Notes: generated from the sequence alone by a model not told the origin. DNA of 64,000 nucleotides from Candidatus Xenobia bacterium (GCA_045863235.1 BTUM01000034.1:1-64000); one strand, 5' to 3'. Numbered from the stretch's first letter, positions 43,054-52,687 are shown. Numbers and translations: made by a program.

Positions 43054-44940
43054 GTGAGTCGCAACTGCCTGGTGCTCATCGTGCTGCTCTCGCTGGTACT
43101 GTCCCTACCGGCAAGCTATGGCCAGGGCCCGCTCTACAGCGTGATCGAGCTGCGAGCGCTCGACTTGATGTTTGTCTTGAGGGGGAACCAGGAGCCGATC
43201 TCGACCGAGCCAGCCGTGGTGATGATCGGCATTGACACAAAGTCGTTCCGCGAGCAGGGGCGCAACACTGTGTTCTGGCTCGAGGACATCGGACTGGTCT
43301 GCAAGGCCCTGCTCGAGGCTGGAGCGCTCTGCGTGGGAATCGACCTGCTGGTGGGAGACAACGGTCTGGGAGGCGGGCTGGAGACCCCGAAATACCGAGC
43401 TGTCAGGGACGTGCTGGAGCAAGAAGAGGGGGTCCTGCTCGAGGCCCTCGCCAGTGAGAAAGTCGTGCTGGCCCAGTACTACAATCCGCAAACCAACATC
43501 CTGGTGCCCAACCCCGAGCCGGGAGAGGGGGTCGCCGTCAACGCCCTGGCGACCATGGCCCAAACTCAGGGCAATCTGTGCCTGGTCAACACGGGAGAAG
43601 AGCAGGGGGTGGTGCGGACCGTGCCCTACCTGACGCGCCAGAACGACCCCACCCCGGGCTCTCGAATGTTCGCCTTTCGCCTGGTCGAACTGGCTCGGGG
43701 CAAGTTGTTCGAGCTGAAAGGCAACGAACTCTATCTGGGCGAGGACGAGATCCCCACCGAGTTCGACGACGGCGTCCCCAGGGTCCGCGTCAACTATCCC
43801 GGCCCGCCCGACACCTGGGGCTCGGCCTTTTCTCGCCGGGCCAGCTTCGTGGACCTGCTCGGCGAAGTGAAGGCAAAGAAGCCTCTGAAGGGCTACCAGA
43901 ACACCATCTGCATCCTGTTCTTCCAGGATCCGGCCGAGCAGGACTACCGCACCACTCCCTTCAACCTGATCACCGGCTTCGACTCGGCCGGAGCGGAGAT
44001 CCACGCGAGTCTGGTCAACTCGCTGCTGACCGGCCGCCTGATCACCCGAGCAGGCCCGGGAGAATGGGTGGGCCTGACGCTGGCACTGGCTCTGGCCGTG
44101 GGGTGGGCCGCCTTCCGGCTGCGCTGGTATCTCAGCCTTCCCACTGCTCTGCTGCTGCTGGTGGGCTACTTCTTTGGCGCCGTCACGCTCTTCACCCGGC
44201 AAGGTCACTGGGTCCCGCTCGTCACTCCCCTGCTGGCCGGAGTGGGAGCCTACCTGGTGGCTTACGTAGCTCGCTACGACCTGGTCAAGCGCCTCCTGGG
44301 CAGCATGGTGGGCAGCCAGGTCATGGATCGCATGCTCAAGGAGACCGAGGTCACGATGCTGGGAGGCGAGCGGCGCCGGGTCACCGTGCTCTTCTCGGAC
44401 ATCAACGACTTCACCCCCGTCACCGAGCGCTCGAGCCCGGACCGGGTCATCACCATGCTCAACGAATATTTCGGCGCGATGGCAGAGATCGTCGAGAAGC
44501 ACGGAGGCAATCTCAAGCAGTTCGTAGGAGATGCGATCATGGTGATCTACAACGCTCCCCAATACCAGCCCGACCACGCCGCCCGAGCCGTCATGACCGG
44601 CCTGGAGATGATCGAGCGACTCGAGCAGATGAAAGCCTCAGCCAACGGGAGGGAAGGCTTCTACGAGGTCAAAATCGGGATCAATACGGGGGACGTCGTG
44701 GTGGGCAACGTGGGAACGGCCAAACGCATGGAATACGCCGCCGTGGGAGACGACGTCAACCTGGGCGCCCGCATCGAGACTCTGACCAAGAAGTTGGGAG
44801 CCTTCCTGCTGGTGAGCGCAGCCACCAAGCAGGAGGCCGAGCGCCACCTTCCGGGAGTGGAGTGGATCTCGCGCGGGGTGCAGCAATTCAAAGGAAAGAC
44901 TGCCGAAATGGAAGTGTTCGAGGTTCGCCGGAAGAAGTGA
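43054..44940 (+). CDS. CHASE2-domain class III adenylate/guanylate cyclase
   Basis: N-terminal TM, CHASE2-like region (VVMIGID, VGIDLL, G.EIHA..VNSLL) and three TM helices. Cyclase motifs LFSDINDFT, KQFVGDAIM and GDDVNLGARIE. Confidence 0.92.
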   Translation: MSRNCLVLIVLLSLVLSLPASYGQGPLYSVIELRALDLMFVLRGNQEPISTEPAVVMIGIDTKSFREQGRNTVFWLEDIGLVCKALLEAGALCVGIDLLVGDNGLGGGLETPKYRAVRDVLEQEEGVLLEALASEKVVLAQYYNPQTNILVPNPEPGEGVAVNALATMAQTQGNLCLVNTGEEQGVVRTVPYLTRQNDPTPGSRMFAFRLVELARGKLFELKGNELYLGEDEIPTEFDDGVPRVRVNYPGPPDTWGSAFSRRASFVDLLGEVKAKKPLKGYQNTICILFFQDPAEQDYRTTPFNLITGFDSAGAEIHASLVNSLLTGRLITRAGPGEWVGLTLALALAVGWAAFRLRWYLSLPTALLLLVGYFFGAVTLFTRQGHWVPLVTPLLAGVGAYLVAYVARYDLVKRLLGSMVGSQVMDRMLKETEVTMLGGERRRVTVLFSDINDFTPVTERSSPDRVITMLNEYFGAMAEIVEKHGGNLKQFVGDAIMVIYNAPQYQPDHAARAVMTGLEMIERLEQMKASANGREGFYEVKIGINTGDVVVGNVGTAKRMEYAAVGDDVNLGARIETLTKKLGAFLLVSAATKQEAERHLPGVEWISRGVQQFKGKTAEMEVFEVRRKK

Positions 44941-45809
44941 AACAGTTTTCCCTCATCGCCCTGCTCTTGCTCGCACTCACGGGGATGGCCCGGGCCCAGA
45001 ACGAGGCTCTGATCACAAAGGTGCAGGGCACCGTCACCCTCAATGGCAAGCCGGCCAAAGTGGCTCAGCGGTTGGCTCGCGGGGACAAGCTCGAAGTCCC
45101 CAAAGGGAGCTCGGTGACCCTGGTCTACCTCACCGACAGCCACAAGGAAACCCTGACGGGGCCTGGCTTTGTCAAAGTGGGCACGGCTGAGCACTCGGGT
45201 CAGATCGAGCGCCAGTCCGGTCCGGGAGCCATCAGCAAGGTTCCCAGCGGCAACATCGGCAAGGCCGGAGTGGCCAGCATCCGGGCCGAATTCGACTACG
45301 CCACTCTACGCCGCCGTGAGGACGGCAAGGTGGAGGTGGTCTTCTCAGCCCGGCCCGAGTTCGAAGGCCCGCTTACGCTCTCGGCGTTCCCCTACAATCC
45401 TGAGACGGCTGGCCCGTCCGAATCCGCCATCGCCTCGGAGGTGACCGCCACCGGACCGAACCAGCAAAACGAGCTGATCGCCCTCCTGCCCGAGTCGGTC
45501 GAGACCGGGGTGCCCATCCGGCTGCTTTTCAGCGCCCCCGACACTCCCACGGTGGGTCGTTGGGCCGTGCTGCTGAGCCCCGAGCGAGCCGACAGCCTCG
45601 AGTTCATGCGCCAGTGGGCCTTCGAAGAGCCCTTCCGGTTGGAGCGTCTGCTCAGCTATTGCCAGATCGCCTACGAATGGAACGACTTCTCCGAGGCCCT
45701 GCGAGCCGCTCGCCAGGCCTACGAGGTCAAGAAGAACGAGAGCGTGCGCGAGCTGTTCCGAAAGCTCCTGTTCCTCAACCAGCAAGAAGGAGAAGCCAGG
45801 AGCCTCTAA
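44937..45809 (+). CDS. Exported hypothetical protein with a FecR-like N-terminal beta domain and a TPR-like C-terminus
   Basis: GTGA overlap with the cyclase, a signal peptide, and ITKVQGTV...L..GDKLEV..GSSVTL. Confidence 0.65.
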   Translation: MKQFSLIALLLLALTGMARAQNEALITKVQGTVTLNGKPAKVAQRLARGDKLEVPKGSSVTLVYLTDSHKETLTGPGFVKVGTAEHSGQIERQSGPGAISKVPSGNIGKAGVASIRAEFDYATLRRREDGKVEVVFSARPEFEGPLTLSAFPYNPETAGPSESAIASEVTATGPNQQNELIALLPESVETGVPIRLLFSAPDTPTVGRWAVLLSPERADSLEFMRQWAFEEPFRLERLLSYCQIAYEWNDFSEALRAARQAYEVKKNESVRELFRKLLFLNQQEGEARSL

Positions 45810-45815
45810 CTCTAA

Positions 45816-48800
45816 CTAGTCCCCGACGCCGATCAGCACGAACGGGGCCCAGAAGAACGGCGCGGGGCGAGTCGCCCGCACCTTGAGACAGGCCTGCCGG
45901 GCGGCCTGGGCGGGGCTGTGGCCCTGAGCCAGGGCCCGATGCAACTCGGCCATCCACTCGGCGGTGGCCACGTCCGAGACCTTCCACAGGCTGGCCAGCA
46001 CCGACCGGCTCCCGGCGTGCTGGAAGGCGCGCGACAGCCCGACCATCTCGTCCCCGCCGGCCCCCTGGAAACCACCCAGACCGGTCTGGCAGGCCGAGAG
46101 GACGGTCAACTCGGCCTGCATCTCCCACTGCATGATGTCGCTCACGGTCACCAGCGTGTCGGTGGCTACCAGGCCCGAGAACAGGGGGGTGCGCGAGTCC
46201 AGCAGGCCGTGGGTGGCCAGGTGCACCAGGCGAGCTCCCCGCACGACCCGGGACAGGTTGGCCCCCGTCATCTCGGCTTCGCGCAACACCGTGCGCCTGG
46301 GATAGAGCGGCTCCACCGAGCGAATCTCGGCCAGGGTGCCCGGCAGAGGCGAGAAATCAGCCCGGGTCACCAGCTTGTGGGCCGATCCCAGCTCGCCTCC
46401 CCAGTTGACACTGGCATTGCCCAGGGCAGCCAGCACCACTCCGTCGGCGCCCGAGCGGGGCCGCGCGCGGATCAGCATCCAGGCAGCTGCGCTGGGAAGC
46501 TGCGCCACGGCGGTCTTCTCGACCAGCGGGGCGCCCCCCAGCTCGAGGGCCTGGAAGGGCAGGTAGTGCAGCGTGCCGTGGGGCACCACCAGCACTTCGC
46601 TGGCTCCGGCCAGCTCCTGACTGGCCGGCTGCAAGAGCAACGTCCCCAGCTCGCCCAGCACCGGGCCGCTGGCCTGGTCGAGCTGCAGCAGCTGGCGCCG
46701 GGCCGCCTCCACCAATAGGGTCAGGCGCCCTGCGTCCGCATCCAGGGTTACGGCCCGCAGGGCCTGCGGGGTGAGAATGAACAATCGCGCCCGGCCCTCC
46801 GGGGGAACGTAGTACTCCAGCATGACCCGACCCGGCCCCAGCGCTGCCTGGATGGCTTGCAACTCGGGAACACGCACCTCACGCAGAGAAGCCGTCTCGG
46901 GACTGAGCCGGCGTATCTCGTCCAGGACGGCGGACAGCTCGCGCTTGACCTCCTGGATGGGGCGGCCCCCGGGCAGCCCGGCCAGATGATTGCGAAGCGC
47001 GAGTCGCAAGGCCGCCTCCTGGTCCACCAGATTCCGGGGCAGCCTGGAAGTCTGGGGCAGGCGCCCCTGGGCCAGCGACTCCAGGAAAGCCCGGGCTCGC
47101 GAGCGCTCGGAGACGATGAAGGCCTGCTCGGCCTTGCCCTGCTGGAGCAAGAGCTCGATCAGAAGTTGATAGGCGCGGTGATTGCGTCCCAGGAAAGCCG
47201 CCTTGGAAGCCGGTGTGAGACCCACCGAAAGCTCCTCGAAGAGAGCGATGGAGCCTTCCAGAGCCTCCACCGCTTCAAGAGCGCGCCCCCGGCTGGCCAA
47301 CAGCTCGCCTCGCAGCATCAAGCTGACCGCCTCGGCCTGGCGATTGCCCAGCTCGCGGTGTCGTTCCAGAGCCCGGGCCGAGGTCTGAAGGGCCTCGTCG
47401 GGCTGGCCCAGACGGTCCTGCACGCCCGCCAGGAGATCCAGCGAGCTGGCCTCCAGGTCGGCCATGCCCAGCTGTCGCGAGAGCTTCAATGACGCTTCCA
47501 GGTAGGCCAGGGCCGCCCGGTCGTCGGACTCGAGCGCAGCCAGGTTGTTGAGCAGATTGGCCTGCAACAGCTCGTCATGGATCTGGCGGGCCAGCTTCAA
47601 GCTGGCTTCAAAGTTTTGCCGGGCCTGCTCGGCCTGGTCGGCCTCCTGAAACGAAGCGGCCAGGTTGTTCAGGGTGTAGGCTTCGCCTCGCTCGTCGCCG
47701 GTGCGTCGCCGGGAGCGCAGCGAGAGCTCGTAGAGCTCGCGAGCTTCCACAGTGCGGCCCAGGAACTGGTAGGTCAGGCCCAGGGCGCTCAGAGTGACGC
47801 CCAGCTGGGTCTCGTCCCGCTCGCTGGCTGCCTGCTCGCGGGCGCGATGCAGGCAGTCCAGGGCGCGGGGATAATCGCCCAGGTTGTAGTAAACGGTGCC
47901 CAGGTTGGACAGGGTGATCGCCCGGGGGCTCAAGCGATAGGCCTCCAGGTAGGCATCCCGAGCCCGCTGGTAGTCGCCCTGGCTCTGACAGGCCTCGCCC
48001 AGGTTGTTGTGCAGGGTGGCCAGAAACGGATCGTCCGAGGGGCAGATCTGCAGGGCCTCCTCCAGGCTGCTCGCGCTCTCTTGCAGGCGCCCGGCGCGAT
48101 TGAGGATGATCGCTCGGTCGTTGAGGGCCCGGGCACGAGCCAGCGGGTCCGCGGCCTGCTGAAGGCCCTCGTCGCAGAGGGCCAGGGCTCGCTCCAGTTG
48201 ACCGGCCCGCACCAGCATGTTGGCTGCCTGCAGCCGTCTTCCAGGCAGTACGCCCAGCACCGACTCGATGAGCCGGGCCGCCCGCACCGGGTCGGTCTCC
48301 AACTCGGCCGCCTCCACGGTCAGCTCGGCCGCTCGTACCGGGTCGCTGGCCGCATACAGCCGGGCCGACTCGAGCAGGGCCTGGCAGGCCAGCTCCGGCT
48401 GCTTGAGATAGGCCCGACAACGCCCCAGCTTGTAGAGCAGGGCCGCCCGGGCGGCCGGCTCGGTCGTCTGGGCGAGCCGGGCCTGAAAGTCAGCCGCTGT
48501 GCGGGTCACCAGCTCCACAATGCCATCGGCCGTCTGGATCGCCTTCTGCTGGCGCTGGGCATTGCCCGCCTGGCCCCACAGCTCGGCCGCCTGGCGCCAG
48601 CACTGCTCCATCAGCACCGGGTGTGAGCCAGCGGCGTAAACCACGGCCAGCTGCTCCATCGACTGGGCTTGCTGGGTCAGATCGCCGGCCTGGCGGGCCA
48701 GCTCGAGAACCTCGTCCAGGTCGCGCTGAGCACCCGGATAGTCGTCCAGCTGCAGTCGGACGCGGCCGCAGTGATAGAGGGCGTGGCGCAGGTTGACCAG

Positions 48801-49199
48801 GTGACCGCGCCCTCGCGCGCTGGCGGCCGCCTTCTCGAGCGCGACCAGCGCTTCGGCGGGCTGGCCGAGCGCATCGTGGGTCAAGCCCATCCGGAACTGG
48901 ATCATCTCGACCACGTTGGGCTGGCCGGACTGACCCAGCACGGGCCAGCAGAGCTGGAAGTTGGCCAGCGCGTCCTGGAAGAGCTTCTGGTCGTACTGCA
49001 CCACGGCCATCTGGTAGCGGATCAGGGCCCGGGCGGCGGGTTCGCCCTCGGTGGCCGCCTCGCCCAGCTTGAAAAGGCGCAGACCCTCCTGCCAGTTGCC
49101 CGCCTGCACGGCCTGCATGGCCTCGTCGTAATAGGGGATCCCGGGCTCGGCGGCGGCCCAGCCGATCAGCAGCAAGACCACCAGCAGCACGCGCTTCAT
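45816..49199 (-). CDS. Exported TPR-repeat CHAT (caspase-like) protease
   Basis: Signal peptide MKRVLLVVLLLIGWAAA, many TPRs (LNNLG/LNNLA), SERSRARAF, VPHG.LHYLPF, HLATHG, VLSACQTG, SLWKV.D and WAPFVL.G. Confidence 0.93.
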   Translation of the reverse strand: MKRVLLVVLLLIGWAAAEPGIPYYDEAMQAVQAGNWQEGLRLFKLGEAATEGEPAARALIRYQMAVVQYDQKLFQDALANFQLCWPVLGQSGQPNVVEMIQFRMGLTHDALGQPAEALVALEKAAASARGRGHLVNLRHALYHCGRVRLQLDDYPGAQRDLDEVLELARQAGDLTQQAQSMEQLAVVYAAGSHPVLMEQCWRQAAELWGQAGNAQRQQKAIQTADGIVELVTRTAADFQARLAQTTEPAARAALLYKLGRCRAYLKQPELACQALLESARLYAASDPVRAAELTVEAAELETDPVRAARLIESVLGVLPGRRLQAANMLVRAGQLERALALCDEGLQQAADPLARARALNDRAIILNRAGRLQESASSLEEALQICPSDDPFLATLHNNLGEACQSQGDYQRARDAYLEAYRLSPRAITLSNLGTVYYNLGDYPRALDCLHRAREQAASERDETQLGVTLSALGLTYQFLGRTVEARELYELSLRSRRRTGDERGEAYTLNNLAASFQEADQAEQARQNFEASLKLARQIHDELLQANLLNNLAALESDDRAALAYLEASLKLSRQLGMADLEASSLDLLAGVQDRLGQPDEALQTSARALERHRELGNRQAEAVSLMLRGELLASRGRALEAVEALEGSIALFEELSVGLTPASKAAFLGRNHRAYQLLIELLLQQGKAEQAFIVSERSRARAFLESLAQGRLPQTSRLPRNLVDQEAALRLALRNHLAGLPGGRPIQEVKRELSAVLDEIRRLSPETASLREVRVPELQAIQAALGPGRVMLEYYVPPEGRARLFILTPQALRAVTLDADAGRLTLLVEAARRQLLQLDQASGPVLGELGTLLLQPASQELAGASEVLVVPHGTLHYLPFQALELGGAPLVEKTAVAQLPSAAAWMLIRARPRSGADGVVLAALGNASVNWGGELGSAHKLVTRADFSPLPGTLAEIRSVEPLYPRRTVLREAEMTGANLSRVVRGARLVHLATHGLLDSRTPLFSGLVATDTLVTVSDIMQWEMQAELTVLSACQTGLGGFQGAGGDEMVGLSRAFQHAGSRSVLASLWKVSDVATAEWMAELHRALAQGHSPAQAARQACLKVRATRPAPFFWAPFVLIGVGD

Positions 49200-49262
49200 C
49201 CGAGGCCCGATTCGGGATGCTGGAGAGGCTCCCTGTCGCAGGCGGTCGAAGTCCATGCGATC

Positions 49263-51869
49263 ATGGCCGACACCTTCGACCCCACTGCTCACGTCTCGGC
49301 GGGCGAATGCGTTCGGGCTTTGAAAGAGCAGGGGATCTCGGTGAGCCACCGGCTGGGAGCGCGCATCTTCTCGCTGGGGGCCCGGCGGGTGCGTTTCTCG
49401 CTGGCTTTTCTGGAGGAAGCGGCCGCGCAGCCGGAGCTCCTCATGGGCGACTTCTGGCGCGACCTGGCCCCGCCCCACCAGCCGCGACGCATCGAGCAGG
49501 TGCTGGAGGGACGAGCCGGCGTGCAGTTGGAGGGGGAGATCGCCCACGTGCTCACCCCCGACGAGCTGGATGCGGGGGCTCCCAGCTCCAGCTCGCTCCT
49601 GCCGGCCGTGCTCGGGCGAGCCGAGCCGGCCCGCATGAGCGGAGTGCTGTGGGATCGACGCCGTCTGGAGGAGGCCGCCCTCACCCTGCTCGACGCCGAG
49701 AGCCCCACCGAGCTGGTGGAGAACTTCCGCTACCTCTTCCGGGCCACCCTGTCCAGCGGCCAGGACCCTTCCGGGCTGCTGGTCACGGCTCTGCGCCGGA
49801 GCAAGCCCGACCTGTCGCGCGAGGTGGGCCACCTGGTACGCGAGCACCTGCACCGCGACCTGGGCCGCGCCCTGGAAACCTTGCAGGAGGAAGACCCTCA
49901 GCGGGTGGCCGACGCCGTGCACTACCTGCTCAATGCTCGCGAGAGCGACGTGCTGCGCGACTCCATCCTGCTGCCGGCGCTGCTGCCCGTGCTGCGAAAG
50001 AGCGAGCAACGCCAGACGCTGTTCGACTCGCTGGAGCGGCTGGGCCAGGTGCTGCAGAGCTCCACCCTCACCCAGCAGGGCCTGGACTCGGCCCTGGAGG
50101 CCTTCCTGGAGTATCTGCTCGATGACCTGCCGCAGCTCGACTCCGAGCCCCGGGCTTCCCTGACCACCTTCCTGGTGGCCCTGGCCAGCGGCTATCCCGA
50201 GCTGCCCGGCTATCTCCTGCGCCGCCTGGAATCGACAGTCGACCCGGGGCTTCACGTCTTCTACGCCCACGTGCTGACCCGGGTCGAGCTGACCTCGCGC
50301 GAGCGTTCCCGCCTGCTCGAGCGCATGCAGGCCACCCTGCTCGAGCACGGCCGCGAGAGCGCAATGCTCGAGAACCTGAAGCTCATCTTCGCCCGCCTGG
50401 GAGAGGAAAGCCTGGAGGATCTCTCCTCCCCGGCCGTGGTGGCCCGCATGTCCCCTCCTCTGCGCATCTTCCTGGTGCAGCTGTGGCATCACTTCCAGCC
50501 CCCCGACGTGGCCCCCCTGGCCGAGCTGGCCGCCCTGCACCTGCGCGATCGCAGCCTGCTGCTGGCCCTGGTGCGCACCCGCCAGCTGCTCCTGCCTCAA
50601 GTGGTCGAGCGCATTCTGGCCATGCCCGACCGCAGCGCCATCGTCCTCTACCTTCTGCAGGAGGCCTTCCGCATGGAAGAGCCCGACGACGCGGTGGTGC
50701 TCGAGCTGCTGGCCCACTACGCCCTGGAGGCCCTGGAGCCCGCCTTCGCACGCCTGGCGGAGGAAGCGGCTCTCAAGTCGGGAGCGGCGGCCACGCGTCT
50801 GCTGCTGTTCGGCTCGCTGGCCCGGCGCGTGCAGGGGGTCGAGAAGGCGCGCTTGCGCGAGATGGTGCGCCAGCTGCTGGAGTTTCCCATCTTCACGCCC
50901 GAGAGCCTGCCCGCCGTCTGGCTGGGCCTGGGCCAGGTGGGCGCCATCCGAGCCCTGGATGAGCGCCTGCGCAAGCAGATCATCGAGCGGCTGGGGGGGC
51001 AGCTGTCGCCCTACCCGGCGGTACGGGTGCAGGCCTTGCTGGCCCTCTACCCGGCCGCTTCCGAGGCCAGCCAGCGCCTGGTGGAGGGAACTCTGCGCGC
51101 CCCGCTCGGGGGGTCGGAGCCGGCCCGCGAGATCTTGAGCGCCTGCCTGGCCGGCCTGGAAGAGCTCTCTGCTTCAGCCCACTTCCCCCACGAGGCCGAG
51201 GAGCTGGTGGGGATGCTGTGCCGCACGGTTCTCTGGAAGGGTCGCGAGCAGAGCCTGGAAAGCGTGATGCGCCAGGCCCTGAGCTACGCCTCCAGCGGCG
51301 ACGGCGTGCGAGTGCCCACCGCCTGGAGCCGGGAGGATCGGGAAGCCGCCCTGCGCATTCTGGGCGCGCTGGCCCGCCACCCGGCCGGCCCCGAGCGACT
51401 GCAGTCGCTGGTGGTGGTGCGACTGTTCTCTTTTCTGCAAGACTGGCTGGACGCGGTGGAGAAGGGCAGCGACCTCTACGCCCACCGAGATACGCCGCTG
51501 TGGGAGATCCTGGCCCTGGTGCTGCGCCAGCGCCCCGACCCGCGCAGCCACGAGCTCTCGCGCGAGGCCGCCCGGCAGCTTCTGGAAGCCCACCGCAACG
51601 TGCCCGGCCAGGTGGCCCTGGATCGGCGCGAGAACGCCCAGCGATTCCTGATCGAGGTGATGCTGGCGGGGCAGGGAGAAGACCTGGCCGTGCGCGGGCG
51701 CTCGCTCAACCTGGCCCGCTCGATTCTGGACACCCTGGCCGACCTGGCTCTGCGCGACACCCCCGAAGCAGCCCTGTCTCTTTACCTGCTGCGTGACCTG
51801 GAGCGATCCGAACGCCTGGAGCCTGGCCTGCAAGCCAGGCTGCGCGGCTTTCTGGCCAACCGGGCCTGA
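49263..51869 (+). CDS. Large Leu-rich all-helical (HEAT/ARM-like) hypothetical protein
   Basis: 868-aa ORF with strong host codon bias, L/E/A/R-rich, and no recognisable catalytic motif. Confidence 0.75.
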   Translation: MADTFDPTAHVSAGECVRALKEQGISVSHRLGARIFSLGARRVRFSLAFLEEAAAQPELLMGDFWRDLAPPHQPRRIEQVLEGRAGVQLEGEIAHVLTPDELDAGAPSSSSLLPAVLGRAEPARMSGVLWDRRRLEEAALTLLDAESPTELVENFRYLFRATLSSGQDPSGLLVTALRRSKPDLSREVGHLVREHLHRDLGRALETLQEEDPQRVADAVHYLLNARESDVLRDSILLPALLPVLRKSEQRQTLFDSLERLGQVLQSSTLTQQGLDSALEAFLEYLLDDLPQLDSEPRASLTTFLVALASGYPELPGYLLRRLESTVDPGLHVFYAHVLTRVELTSRERSRLLERMQATLLEHGRESAMLENLKLIFARLGEESLEDLSSPAVVARMSPPLRIFLVQLWHHFQPPDVAPLAELAALHLRDRSLLLALVRTRQLLLPQVVERILAMPDRSAIVLYLLQEAFRMEEPDDAVVLELLAHYALEALEPAFARLAEEAALKSGAAATRLLLFGSLARRVQGVEKARLREMVRQLLEFPIFTPESLPAVWLGLGQVGAIRALDERLRKQIIERLGGQLSPYPAVRVQALLALYPAASEASQRLVEGTLRAPLGGSEPAREILSACLAGLEELSASAHFPHEAEELVGMLCRTVLWKGREQSLESVMRQALSYASSGDGVRVPTAWSREDREAALRILGALARHPAGPERLQSLVVVRLFSFLQDWLDAVEKGSDLYAHRDTPLWEILALVLRQRPDPRSHELSREAARQLLEAHRNVPGQVALDRRENAQRFLIEVMLAGQGEDLAVRGRSLNLARSILDTLADLALRDTPEAALSLYLLRDLERSERLEPGLQARLRGFLANRA

Positions 51870-51908
51870 AAAGACGAACGCCCCCCGACCGATGGCCGAG
51901 AGGCGCCT
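51870..51908 (-). terminator. Intrinsic terminator after the tRNA-mimic RNA
   Basis: Minus-strand GGCGCCTCTCGGCC-atc-GGTCGGGGGGCGTT followed by CGTCTTTT. Confidence 0.65.
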
Positions 51909-51910
51909 TC

Positions 51911-52045
51911 TGCGCGCAAGTTTCCGGTGCATTTTTTCGCGCTCTGCCACTGAGCTACAAGGGCATTTCGGTGCCCCTGACGGGATTCGAACCCGCGACC
52001 TCGTCCGCCTGAAGGATGTATGCCCCGTGGGTTGGGGCGCGCTGT
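51911..52045 (-). ncRNA. Circularly permuted tRNA-mimic RNA, bacterial Y RNA (YrlA-like)
   Basis: Minus strand, in order: GAGGTC, T-arm GCGGG-TTCGAAT-CCCGT, acceptor-like stem CAGGGGCA-ccgaaa-TGCCCTTG, TA, then D-arm GCTC-AGTGGCA-GAGC. There is no anticodon arm, and the termini pair (GCGCGC/GCGCGC). An extended -10 TGcTATGCT lies upstream. Confidence 0.8.
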
Positions 52046-52117
52046 AGCAAGAGCATAGCACCCTCCGAGCGGGGAGAAAAGGGAAAACTTCACAGACAGG
52101 AGGAAAAGCCTTCCGCA

Positions 52118-52549
52118 ATGAGGACCGAAGCACACTTGCTAGAGGTCGTGGCCGAGTTGCAGGAAGCTGGGATTCCACCAGGCGAGGCCTATGTTGCCGA
52201 GGCGGTGAGTCGTTGTCAGGCCAAGCGGGGTTGCCTGCTCCGGCTCTGCGAGCAATCCGGAAGACTCGAGTGGCTGGCCGGATTCGAACTCACGGAGTCG
52301 AGCCGATTTGACTACTCCCTGGCCGAGTATGAGCCCAGCTCACCTCCCGGCTACAGTCCCCCCGGGCGCTGTCCGAGCCTGCTCTCCACGCTCGAAAGAG
52401 CCAGAGCGTCGGGGACCGCCCTGAAATCGATAGCAACCAGCCAGGAAGTCCTGGCACCGGTCTACCTGGCATCAGTCATCCTGCCCCCTCTGTTCGTTTT
52501 TTTGGCCGCTCCCGTGTCGGATTGGGGAATGCTCTACATCGAGTTCTGA
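52118..52549 (+). CDS. Hypothetical protein (possibly a GAF-like fragment)
   Basis: AGGAGG upstream of ATG 52118. It ends in ...LAAPV...GMLYIE, reminiscent of a GAF C-terminus. Confidence 0.5.
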   Translation: MRTEAHLLEVVAELQEAGIPPGEAYVAEAVSRCQAKRGCLLRLCEQSGRLEWLAGFELTESSRFDYSLAEYEPSSPPGYSPPGRCPSLLSTLERARASGTALKSIATSQEVLAPVYLASVILPPLFVFLAAPVSDWGMLYIEF

Positions 52550-52560
52550 GAACAAAATAG

Positions 52561-52587
52561 AGAAACCCGTTTGTTCAACGGGTTTCT
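52561..52587. terminator. Hairpin terminator between convergent tRNA and CDS
   Basis: AGAAACCCGTT-tgttc-AACGGGTTTCT. Confidence 0.75.
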
Positions 52588-52589
52588 GT

Positions 52590-52666
<77 letters not shown>

Positions 52667-52687
52667 ATATTTGTCTTCCAGGACGTC

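Noticed and set aside
45816..50717. 1633-aa CHAT ORF as given in the track
   Set aside because: The first ~506 codons are the antisense shadow of the 49263 gene. A clear signal peptide starts at ATG 49199.
51911..52045. Ordinary tRNA, or an attR tRNA fragment from an integrated element
   Set aside because: The halves are in permuted order with no anticodon arm. The T-arm differs from that of the nearby tRNA-fMet, and no integrase is present.
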